Shown: piece by piece, positions 40,996 to 48,859 of the stretch
How the letters are laid out: each line of letters opens with the position of its first letter
How positions within the stretch are numbered: position 1 is the stretch's first letter
DNA from: Minisyncoccota bacterium
Lineage (GTDB): Bacteria; Patescibacteriota; Minisyncoccia; Phycocordibacterales; UBA9973
NCBI GenBank assembly: GCA_041907605.1
Contig: JAYRGZ010000005.1
Location: 1 to 48,859, forward strand
DNA length: 48,859 bases
Direction: 5' to 3'
Translations under genes and position numbers: made by a program
The notes under the pieces: model-generated
What the model was told of the DNA's origin: nothing
The model's input: only the letters and a program-made list of their open reading frames with translations
Database searches by the model: none

Positions 40996-43900
40996 TTATG
41001 CAACATCCATTTCTTCTATTCTATCTACGTATTCTTTAACCGTTTCTGTTCCCCAAAGTAGAGATGGATGAAATGGATCTACACCAGCCTGCTTTGCCAA
41101 ATCTTGTAGGTTTGATATTGCCTCCCCCATGTTCCCAGTACTTGCATATTGATCTGGGTTATTCAAGATATCATATGCACTCATATTACCAATTGTATCT
41201 TTTACACCATCAGAATCAGATAATTTTTCAAATATATCTCCACCACTATAAGGACTATTCATACCAAATAAATTACTGTAATTTGCTTGGTTAAATGAAA
41301 TACCATTTGGTCCAATTACATAAGGTCTACCTTCGACGCGACCGGGTATAACATATGGTTTTCCAGAATTTATTTTTGGTATTTCTTTATTTCCAGATCC
41401 AGATGAACCTTTTTGTTCAAGTATATGATTTGGATCAGCCTTACCACTTGAATTATCTTCAATTAATTTTGGATGCTTTAATTCCATTTTATGTATTTCA
41501 TTGTTAGTCTCATGTGTGCCACTTTCGTGTCCGTTGTCATAATGGAAATATCTTTCATCATCTTCTGGTCCAAGATTTGGACCATCGGTTCCTTCACCCA
41601 AATTCCCTTTCGCATCGAGTAGGTCTTCATGTTGTGGAACGTGATGAATATTGTATATACTATTTGATTCAACGACACCATGCTCAAAAGATATATTTGA
41701 ACCCTTAAGCATATTAATACTCTCATTTACTTCGTTTGGTCTATACCAATCAAATTCTTTTGCTAACTCTGTGGCGTTACCGTGCATTATCTTTAAATAC
41801 GCAGGTGGAATTTGATCGTCAGGCACTCCCGCATATTCTCGCAGTAATTCATGCTTCATATTTACTACCGTCTGTATTCCACCACGAGAGCTAAATTGCA
41901 CAGGATCAAGATCCTTGTAAACGTACGGCTCTTTAATCGGGGGAATTAGTGGTTTTGGCTCAGTTTTAGGTAGTGGGTTTTCTCCGTGTCCATGTAAGTG
42001 TTCAATATACTCTCGAGCAAGCACCCCTACTGTTGCAATTCCTGCTGCTACCACTGCACCTTTTACTGTTTGTTGTATTACGTATTCTTTTCTTTTCTTT
42101 AGAGTATCTTGTTCAACCTTACTCAATCGTTTCATAGCGTTATCATATATCTCCTCAACATGTTCTTTAACTTTTTGATCACTTACTGTTACCATTGCTG
42201 TTGCTTCAGTCATCGCTGTTACCAGAGCCAATTGGTTTTTTAGTCTGACATCATTTTTTCCCAGACTTACCTGTCCTTCGTTTAAACGTTGATTGATGTA
42301 TGCAACTCTTGTTCCAAGCTTAGCTATTAGACGATCTTTTTTTACAGGGTCTTGTTCTTCGCTAATTTTGTTTTTTAGATTATCTAAATTAACTGCCCAA
42401 GTTTGTGCGTCAATTGCTACTCTACTTCCCACTGCTTCTTTATTCTTAATATTTAGTAATCCTTTTTTATATGCGCCAGAATCTCTTAATCTAGTTAGTT
42501 CTTTTGTGAATTGATCACGTGTTTTTTGGTCTTTAGAATTTTGAATTTGCTCAAGTAAGAATTGTTCCTTATTTTTATATCCACCCTTTCGCATTAGTTT
42601 ATCCTGTTCTTTTAGCGCTTCTCGGGTTCTTGCATTACCCCTAACACCACCCAAAATTGCAGCAACTGCAGGGCCAGCTACGTAGCCAAAAACTCCTGCT
42701 AGAAAAGTTTTACTTGCGTATCCTCCACCCAAGTATCCAATTTTTACTACACCTGCTTTTATTTGTTCTAATACTGCGCTACTAAATTTCTCGCCGCGTA
42801 CTAGTCTATTTAACTCCTTTGTAGCATCTGGATGAGTGTTGTTTAGTTGGAATCCTTTTAATTTTTGGTCTAATTGTGCAAGTTCTATCGTAGCATCACG
42901 TTCCCCAATTTTTTCTGAGAGTGAGCTCAAAAGTTTTTGTCTCTGAGCTAAATATTGAGCTTGCACTGATTCATATTGTTTACGTTCTTTTTTTGTTGCT
43001 GAATTATGTCTCCACTCATCAGGAATATTTGTAAAATTCATAGCCACCCTATTAAATTCAGAATATAGTTTTTTCTCTTCATTTGTTGCACCCTCTGGAA
43101 TATTTGCGTATTGAATCTCGAGTGCCCCATTGTCGTTAACTTTCACTTCGTACCCGAAATCTTTTACTTGATCAGTAAGTGTCTGTATGTGCTCTGATTT
43201 GTGTTCAAATATCATTTCGCGGTTCGCTTTTGTTGCCGCACCCTCTGCTCTCTTCTGGTAGTATCCTTTGAATATATTTCTATACATTCCAACACCAAGC
43301 CTTCCTATAAAACCACCATATTTTCCCGCCACCGCTTTAGCTTTTCTGTTTTTTTCCTCAAAAATTTCTTTGGCATCAAAACTAGTTTTACATATTGTGA
43401 ATTGCTTAAATTGATCAATTACGAGCAATCTTTGTCCATAAGACAATGTGTCAAAATCTTTTATATTTTCTAAATCCTCCAATTTAAATCCAAGGGACCC
43501 TGCGTGTTTCTCAATTTCTTTATTCTGCTCCTCAGTCAGAATATTTTTAGGCTTCTCTAATAATTTTTCTTTAAAGGCGACTTCCTCGCAATCTTTGAGT
43601 TTATTTTTTAATTCACTTATAGCCTTAATATCCTCACCGTTTCTTACCGCTTCAGCCACTTCATATCTTAGTTTATATACTAAAAGACGTTTCTCTTCTT
43701 CAGCAAGGTTTTTTTCTTCAATTTTCTTTTCCAAATCAATTTTTGATTTACCGGCTGAATCATTATCAGCTAACTTCTCTTGCTGAGAATTAATATCCAC
43801 TAATTTTTTTAGTATAGCTTCTTTTGTAAATCTAGAGCCCTTGTATTCGATTCCAGCCGAATACATATCTTCTAATTTTTTCTTCTCCGCTACATTTTTT

Positions 43901-45750
43901 TCCTCATCCACCAGTTTCCGCACTCCTTCTTCTAGGAAATATTCAAAAGATACATTGTCCCTTCTTAATTCCTCATACGGTTGAAGGACCGCTAGTTTCT
44001 CAATCATTTTATTGATTTCAGCCTTTGGCTTGCCTTCCCTCTGAGCCATAAGTATCTGTTCTTTTAGCTCCAACATAGAACTATATCCAGACTCTCTTAT
44101 CATTGTCGGCATATATTTATTCACAAATTCAGCCATTAATTCCTTCTGTTTTACTGGGTCTTTTTCGTTTTGAGCACTCTCAAATACTTCTATGGTTTTT
44201 TCATATCCAGATTTTATTGAAGCTGTTTGTGTTTTTCGTTCAACTAATACGGCAGATAATTTTTCTAATACTGCCTTCTTGTCTGGATTTGCCTCAATCG
44301 TTTTTTCTGCATTAATTACATTCTCTAAATTTGTAATTTTAAGAAGGATACTTTCTGCTTCAATTTTTTTATATAAGAGACCTTGTCTTGTTGCTTCGAT
44401 TTGGTTTCCGGAATTTTCTAATTCAGAGATCTTTAATTTTAATTCTTCTAGTTTTTCCTCGAATTCTGCTTCTGGTCCCACCTTCTTTGGTTTTGGTAAT
44501 GCGCCCAGATTTATGGCCTTCTCCGTTGACTTCGTGAAATCTTTTTCTGCATCCTTTTTCTCTTCCCCAATTGCTGTTTCAAACGCATACTTTTTGTCAT
44601 GAAAATCACTTAAAGCTTCTGCTTTTTCTAAGTCAGACTCTAGCCCTTTTATTTTTCTTTTTATCTTTGTTATTTCTGGTCCGAGATTTTTTGCTTCGGC
44701 TGATGCTAGATTTATTTTTTCCTTTTCAATTTCTTCACGAATTACTGCAGCCCGCAGTGCTTCGTTGTAATATTCCTTCTTTAAATTTAATTCCTGTTTT
44801 AAATTTTCTAATTCTGTTTTTAAATCTTTTTTCTCCTGTCCTTTTGCGGCCTTGTATCTTATCTCTAAGTCCTTTACTTGATCCTCAAATTCTTTCTGCT
44901 GTTTTTTTATAACTTCTGCACGTGTCTCTAAAGGTTTCTTTTGTGTGTTTTGAGTTGGTGTTTTTTGTTTTTCTATTGTAACGTCACCATAAATCTTTTC
45001 TACTGCTTCCTTGAGTTCCGCTTCATAATTTTGCCTACTTACAGATATACCTAAATTCCGATTCGTAACCTGTCTAATTATTATGTTTCCCTTCTTGTCT
45101 GTTTCACCACTAAATTCATATATAAGTGATTTTCCATCTTTATCTCGAAATGTAAAAAATTGGGGTTTTACAAAATTTCCGGACTGTTTTTTTTGATTAT
45201 ATTGTTTTGCTTGATTTGAACTTAAATTTCCTTGTGACATTTTTTTTGTTTGATTAGTGATAGTTGTTTGAGATTTATTAATTGTAACATTTGTTTTATT
45301 TGTCACAATCAATTTATTCTTCAGATTTTTGTTTATATTGCTTTGGTTTTGTACCACACTAGTATTTGCTTGCTGAGTGACAACGGGGGTTATTTGGGGA
45401 TGCACAATAGGCGGAGATGTTTTTGCGGGTATTTTACCTTGCCTCAAATCATCAATTTCTTGTTTTTTGTCGCCATAGTATATAGTGCAAGCATCCAAGA
45501 TTTCTCGGATTTCTTGTTCGGTGAATTTCATCATGTCTGAATTACTTTGTGCCCCTCCTCGTGCTCGAAGTATGCTCTCGGCTTTTGTAAAGTCTCCCGA
45601 AAGAGCTATTTTTATTGCCCCCGGTATTATTTTGTCTTTTAAAACAGCACTTTTTATATCAAAAGAGTTGCCCAAAAGTGCCGTAGCACCCATTACGTGT
45701 TTAACCATTTCTAAAGTTGTATCTTTGGGTGCGTTGTTTAGATTTGACAT
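40996..45750 (-). CDS. Giant (1584 aa) Lys/Glu-rich coiled-coil protein with internal TM segments (hypothetical)
   Basis: Uninterrupted ORF with no signal peptide. About 1000 aa are heptad-like K/E-rich sequence. Hydrophobic Gly/Ala-rich segments lie at about nt 42632-42745 and 42018-42068. The C-terminal ~330 aa are non-repetitive. Confidence 0.8.
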   Translation of the reverse strand: MSNLNNAPKDTTLEMVKHVMGATALLGNSFDIKSAVLKDKIIPGAIKIALSGDFTKAESILRARGGAQSNSDMMKFTEQEIREILDACTIYYGDKKQEIDDLRQGKIPAKTSPPIVHPQITPVVTQQANTSVVQNQSNINKNLKNKLIVTNKTNVTINKSQTTITNQTKKMSQGNLSSNQAKQYNQKKQSGNFVKPQFFTFRDKDGKSLIYEFSGETDKKGNIIIRQVTNRNLGISVSRQNYEAELKEAVEKIYGDVTIEKQKTPTQNTQKKPLETRAEVIKKQQKEFEDQVKDLEIRYKAAKGQEKKDLKTELENLKQELNLKKEYYNEALRAAVIREEIEKEKINLASAEAKNLGPEITKIKRKIKGLESDLEKAEALSDFHDKKYAFETAIGEEKKDAEKDFTKSTEKAINLGALPKPKKVGPEAEFEEKLEELKLKISELENSGNQIEATRQGLLYKKIEAESILLKITNLENVINAEKTIEANPDKKAVLEKLSAVLVERKTQTASIKSGYEKTIEVFESAQNEKDPVKQKELMAEFVNKYMPTMIRESGYSSMLELKEQILMAQREGKPKAEINKMIEKLAVLQPYEELRRDNVSFEYFLEEGVRKLVDEEKNVAEKKKLEDMYSAGIEYKGSRFTKEAILKKLVDINSQQEKLADNDSAGKSKIDLEKKIEEKNLAEEEKRLLVYKLRYEVAEAVRNGEDIKAISELKNKLKDCEEVAFKEKLLEKPKNILTEEQNKEIEKHAGSLGFKLEDLENIKDFDTLSYGQRLLVIDQFKQFTICKTSFDAKEIFEEKNRKAKAVAGKYGGFIGRLGVGMYRNIFKGYYQKRAEGAATKANREMIFEHKSEHIQTLTDQVKDFGYEVKVNDNGALEIQYANIPEGATNEEKKLYSEFNRVAMNFTNIPDEWRHNSATKKERKQYESVQAQYLAQRQKLLSSLSEKIGERDATIELAQLDQKLKGFQLNNTHPDATKELNRLVRGEKFSSAVLEQIKAGVVKIGYLGGGYASKTFLAGVFGYVAGPAVAAILGGVRGNARTREALKEQDKLMRKGGYKNKEQFLLEQIQNSKDQKTRDQFTKELTRLRDSGAYKKGLLNIKNKEAVGSRVAIDAQTWAVNLDNLKNKISEEQDPVKKDRLIAKLGTRVAYINQRLNEGQVSLGKNDVRLKNQLALVTAMTEATAMVTVSDQKVKEHVEEIYDNAMKRLSKVEQDTLKKRKEYVIQQTVKGAVVAAGIATVGVLAREYIEHLHGHGENPLPKTEPKPLIPPIKEPYVYKDLDPVQFSSRGGIQTVVNMKHELLREYAGVPDDQIPPAYLKIMHGNATELAKEFDWYRPNEVNESINMLKGSNISFEHGVVESNSIYNIHHVPQHEDLLDAKGNLGEGTDGPNLGPEDDERYFHYDNGHESGTHETNNEIHKMELKHPKLIEDNSSGKADPNHILEQKGSSGSGNKEIPKINSGKPYVIPGRVEGRPYVIGPNGISFNQANYSNLFGMNSPYSGGDIFEKLSDSDGVKDTIGNMSAYDILNNPDQYASTGNMGEAISNLQDLAKQAGVDPFHPSLLWGTETVKEYVDRIEEMDVA

Positions 45751-46275
45751 TGGTAAGTAAGGATATTATGCAATATTTAGGGCTTGCAGTCAAATTTTGG
45801 CTTATCCACATGGTGGGGACAACTTCTTTGACTACCCTACTATTCCGGGCTACCATACTTACCTGTAGGGAAACATTGTCTATTATACACCCTACTTTCA
45901 GTACAGATGTCTCCGAAAAACCCTTATTTTATAAGGATAGAATCGGAATCCAGAAATGATTGTAAAAATTGCCTTATTTTATAAGCTTTTATGGGCCACA
46001 TGGGCCAAAGCATAATTTAGGCAATTGCTTTATTTAGGCTTATAAATCAAAAAAAACAACAGCCAGAACTTCCCTATACTATATCTACTAGAAGTCTGGC
46101 CAGAAATAGCTTATTTTTCAAGCCTTTTACGCTAAAGGCTCTTTCTGCTTTTGTATTATTCAGCCTTCTTTCCTTCTACCCAATTCCTACAAAAGCCAGT
46201 CTCCTATCTTTTTGGGGTAATTTAACCCCTGTTGCTGATGCACAGGTTGGTGCAGACAATTCTCAAAGCCTAGCA

Positions 46276-47196
46276 TTGCCTATTCCAGTCGTGAGTATGG
46301 GGGACACTGGAAAGGACAAACTCTCTGATAAAGAAGTCATAATCGATGACAGTGCGCTTTCTCCCTCAGTAGGTCCAATGGGAGGCGGGCTTGATACTGC
46401 AGATGTTCCTACTGCTGATGACGTAACACTATATGTAGTTCGCAAAGGTGATACTGCAGCAAGCTTGGCCAAGATGTTTGATATTTCTACCGATACTATA
46501 TATATGGCCAATGATCTAAAGAAAGGGGAAGCACTCAAGGTAGGAGATACGCTTTTGATTTTGCCATTAAATGGAATTTCATACACAGTTAAGAAAGGCG
46601 ATACAATTGGTTCGCTTGCGAAGAAGTTCTCAGTGGATTCTGAAGATATTGTTTTTTTCAATGATATTGAAGATGGTAAACCTTTAGTAATAGGAGATGA
46701 ATTAATTATTCCTAATGCGAAAGTAATCGCAGAAAAGACCATTACAAAAAACCCTACAAAAAATACTACGAAGACTAGTGCACCACAACAAAATACTGAT
46801 GGATATTTTATACGACCATGTAAGTGTACATACAGAACACAGGGTCGCCATGGAATTCTTTGGCACAATGCTGTAGATATTACTAGTGGCAATATAGGTG
46901 AACCAATATGGGCTGCAGCAGACGGTGTTGTTGTTTGGGCAAGAACATCAGGATGGAATGGTGGAGCAGGACGATCAATCATGATTCAACATGCTAATGG
47001 TTCCAAAACTTTCTATGCACACCTAGACACTCTCCTTGTAACAGTAGGACAACAAGTAAAACAAGGTGAACAAATTGGAACACTAGGATACTCAGGTCAC
47101 GTTATTCCAAAGGGACCAAATGGTGCACACCTACACTTTGAAGTTTCTCGTGGATTTACAAATCCTCTTGTTGCAAACTCTCGTTACGGAATGTAA
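46276..47196 (+). CDS. LysM-repeat M23-family peptidoglycan metallopeptidase (true start probably upstream, see findings)
   Basis: Two LysM repeats (YVVRKGDTAASLAKMF..., YTVKKGDTIGSLAKKF...). M23 motifs HNAVDI, ...YAHL..., and GYSGHV...GAHLHFEV. Confidence 0.85.
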   Translation: MPIPVVSMGDTGKDKLSDKEVIIDDSALSPSVGPMGGGLDTADVPTADDVTLYVVRKGDTAASLAKMFDISTDTIYMANDLKKGEALKVGDTLLILPLNGISYTVKKGDTIGSLAKKFSVDSEDIVFFNDIEDGKPLVIGDELIIPNAKVIAEKTITKNPTKNTTKTSAPQQNTDGYFIRPCKCTYRTQGRHGILWHNAVDITSGNIGEPIWAAADGVVVWARTSGWNGGAGRSIMIQHANGSKTFYAHLDTLLVTVGQQVKQGEQIGTLGYSGHVIPKGPNGAHLHFEVSRGFTNPLVANSRYGM

Positions 47197-47210
47197 AAAT
47201 AAATTTTATA

Positions 47211-47246
47211 CATGTCAAAAGGCCACTTTCGTGGCCTTTTGACATG
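47211..47246 (+). terminator. Intrinsic terminator after the M23 peptidase gene
   Basis: CATGTCAAAAGGCCAC-TTTC-GTGGCCTTTTGACATG, a 16-bp perfect stem. Confidence 0.8.
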
Positions 47247-47288
47247 TATCTGTATAGGTGTATTATTGGCTTAACTAAACTTTAACAC

Positions 47289-48119
47289 ATGCAAAATTTA
47301 ACATTTAATGCAGATAAAAAATCTGCCGAAAATTTGCTAAAAAATGGCTATTCTTCTATCGCCATTAATAAGTACTACATTGACGTGGCGGAAATGATAG
47401 TGAATTTTTTCCGTGATTTTACTAAACTTCCGAAGGAAATGAAAAAATTCTGGGAGTTTGATATTGGAATGGTCAAGAAACCCGACACTGGTTATTTAAG
47501 ACGAGATGATTCAGAAGCTAAACACTTCCTGCACCATCACTATGTTTTAAAAGACTTGTTGGCTCATCGCAATGTTTTATACGCAGAATTTAAGCCATTC
47601 TTAGAATGTTTAAACTCTGTACACAGGTATACAGAAAGTCGAGTAAAGGAATTTGCCAAAGCACTCGATGTAGTTTTACCGGGATATAACTTTGCTGAAC
47701 GCCTGAGCTCTTATGAGGCTTCTATGCAGAGTGTTCTTCGGGTACTTCAGTATGATCATTGTAGGGTTGAACTTCAAGAAACAGCCGAAGCCCACGAGGA
47801 TCAAAGTCTCCTCACTCTTCCTTTTTTTGAAACTCATAAGGGTTTGTATCTTAAAGATCCAAGCAATCTTTATGTACCAAATGAAGGTGAAGCTTTGATT
47901 TTTGGAGGTAAAAAGATTCAACTGATTACAGGTGGAACTGAAACCTTTATTGAGAAAGATGGCTTTCGTTCACCCAAAATTGTAGGTGGGCAAATTAAAG
48001 CTTTGACACACGGTGTAGTTTCTCTTCCGTCACTTTACGGAGATGATTATGAGAGACAATCAATTGTTCTTTTTACACATGATCCTGTGACAAGTCTAAC
48101 ACCCAAAATTAAAATTTAA
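47289..48119 (+). CDS. 2-oxoglutarate/Fe(II)-dependent oxygenase superfamily protein
   Basis: LRVLQYDHC...AEAHEDQSLLTL (HxD) ... ALIFGGKKIQLITGG ... ALTHGVV (distal His) fits the 2OG-Fe(II) oxygenase facial triad layout. Confidence 0.55.
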   Translation: MQNLTFNADKKSAENLLKNGYSSIAINKYYIDVAEMIVNFFRDFTKLPKEMKKFWEFDIGMVKKPDTGYLRRDDSEAKHFLHHHYVLKDLLAHRNVLYAEFKPFLECLNSVHRYTESRVKEFAKALDVVLPGYNFAERLSSYEASMQSVLRVLQYDHCRVELQETAEAHEDQSLLTLPFFETHKGLYLKDPSNLYVPNEGEALIFGGKKIQLITGGTETFIEKDGFRSPKIVGGQIKALTHGVVSLPSLYGDDYERQSIVLFTHDPVTSLTPKIKI

Positions 48120-48140
48120 TTTTGGGTAGAGCAAAAAAAC

Positions 48141-48170
48141 AAAACCCAACCGAGTAAAGTGTTGGGTTTT
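48141..48170. terminator. Bidirectional terminator between the oxygenase and comM-like genes
   Basis: AAAACCCAAC-10 nt-GTTGGGTTTT with flanking A/T runs. Confidence 0.7.
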
Positions 48171-48171
48171 G

Positions 48172-48859
48172 TTAATTTACACGTGGACGATATTGTATTG
48201 CCTCCAATATGTGCGGAGATTTAATTTCCTCACTTCCTTCGAGATCCGCGATAGTCCTCGCAAGTTTTACTACGCGATGATACGCTCTTGCTGATAATTG
48301 CAAACGTTCAGCACTTTGGTTTAGTAATTCTCTAACATCATTTTCCAATTTTGCATGATGATTTAGATCACGTACCGTCATATCACTGTTTGTGCGTAAT
48401 TTTTCATTACCACTAAAACGTTTTTCTTGAATTTTTCTGGCTCGTACAATTCTTTTTAAAATTTCTTCACTACTATCACCATCCTTCTCTTCGCCAGATA
48501 GTTTTTCGTATTCAACATTGCCAACTGTTGTCCAGATATCTATGCGATCCATTATTGGTCCAGATAATCTTCGGGAATATTTTGCTAGATCTCCTGGAGT
48601 GCAAATACATTGTTTTTGTTTTGATCCCAGATTTCCGCAAGGACATGGATTCATCGCTGCAACCAAAATGAAATTAGATGGGAAAAGTGCTGTTCCTCGC
48701 GCACGGGATATTGATACCACCCTATCTTCTAGTGGTTGTCTGAGAGATTCCAGTACTCTTTTCTCAAACTCAGGGAATTCATCCAAGAAAAGTACTCCAC
48801 GATGAGCCAGCGTTACCTCTCCCGGTTTCGGAAATGTTCCTCCACCAATTACTGATACA
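48172..48859 (-). CDS. comM: Mg-chelatase-like ATPase YifB/ComM, C-terminal part (5' end outside window)
   Basis: LDEFPEF...LESLRQPLEDRVVSISRA...FILVAAMNPCPCG...RAYHRVVKLARTIADLEG is the ComM/YifB signature. The reading frame stays open to the window edge. Confidence 0.9.
   Translation of the reverse strand, partial: VSVIGGGTFPKPGEVTLAHRGVLFLDEFPEFEKRVLESLRQPLEDRVVSISRARGTALFPSNFILVAAMNPCPCGNLGSKQKQCICTPGDLAKYSRRLSGPIMDRIDIWTTVGNVEYEKLSGEEKDGDSSEEILKRIVRARKIQEKRFSGNEKLRTNSDMTVRDLNHHAKLENDVRELLNQSAERLQLSARAYHRVVKLARTIADLEGSEEIKSPHILEAIQYRPRVN

Noticed and set aside
45802-45810. Perfect DnaA box TTATCCACA far from dnaA
   Set aside because: It is a single isolated 9-mer with no box cluster or AT-rich unwinding element nearby. 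One chance occurrence in ~49 kb on two strands is not unexpected.
45717-45959. 80-aa plus-strand ORF in the giant-gene upstream region
   Set aside because: It starts antisense within the first codons of the 1584-aa gene. Its composition is unlike other proteins here, and it covers a region better explained by hairpins and repeats of a regulatory spacer.
46263-46982. 239-aa minus-strand ORF overlapping the LysM-M23 peptidase gene
   Set aside because: It lies fully antisense to a gene with clear LysM and M23 motifs. Its own translation is low-complexity Ser/Pro/Val-rich with no recognisable features, so it is an antisense-frame artefact.
1-48859. Alternative genetic code (UGA recoding, as in some candidate phyla)
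   Set aside because: Long conserved genes are intact under the standard code. TGA terminates rnpA at 23571-23573 and the 65-aa ORF at 357-359, and TAG terminates trmH, tsaE, dnaA and virB4.

Overview
AT-rich bacterial chromosomal window with dense coding. It spans the replication-origin neighbourhood: rpmH-rnpA-yidD-yidC-jag (+) diverges from dnaA-dnaN-DUF721 (-). Recognisable core genes are an Fpg fragment, trmH-like, tRNA-Lys, a thioredoxin/DsbB pair, holA-like, polA, tsaE, pilB-like, ruvB, ruvC, tyrS, a class A PBP, rsmA, pcrA, a LysM-M23 peptidase and comM. Between them sit many exported, repeat-rich or low-complexity proteins. The gene content suggests a reduced Patescibacteria/CPR-type genome; this is inference only. 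Standard code applies, since TGA, TAG and TAA all terminate confident genes. The main accessory feature is a self-contained 10-gene minus-strand locus (25051-38182). It encodes a Gram-positive-style type IV secretion-like apparatus: VirB4 ATPase, PrgI/VirB3-like, VirB6/TrbL-like, and a pilin-like module fused to an L,D-transpeptidase domain. Six further exported or membrane proteins in it have unknown function. No coupling protein, relaxase or integrase is present, and core genes flank both sides. Other notable items: (1) three copies of a ~90-nt nested-hairpin element, each directly 3' of a gene in sense orientation, with compensatory changes; (2) a 1584-aa coiled-coil membrane protein; (3) a candidate structured RNA upstream of a small membrane protein gene; (4) a 58-aa hyper-acidic ORF missed by the ORF track; (5) a LysM-M23 peptidase whose signal anchor lies upstream of any canonical start codon. 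No CRISPR array, transposase, integrase or rRNA was seen.
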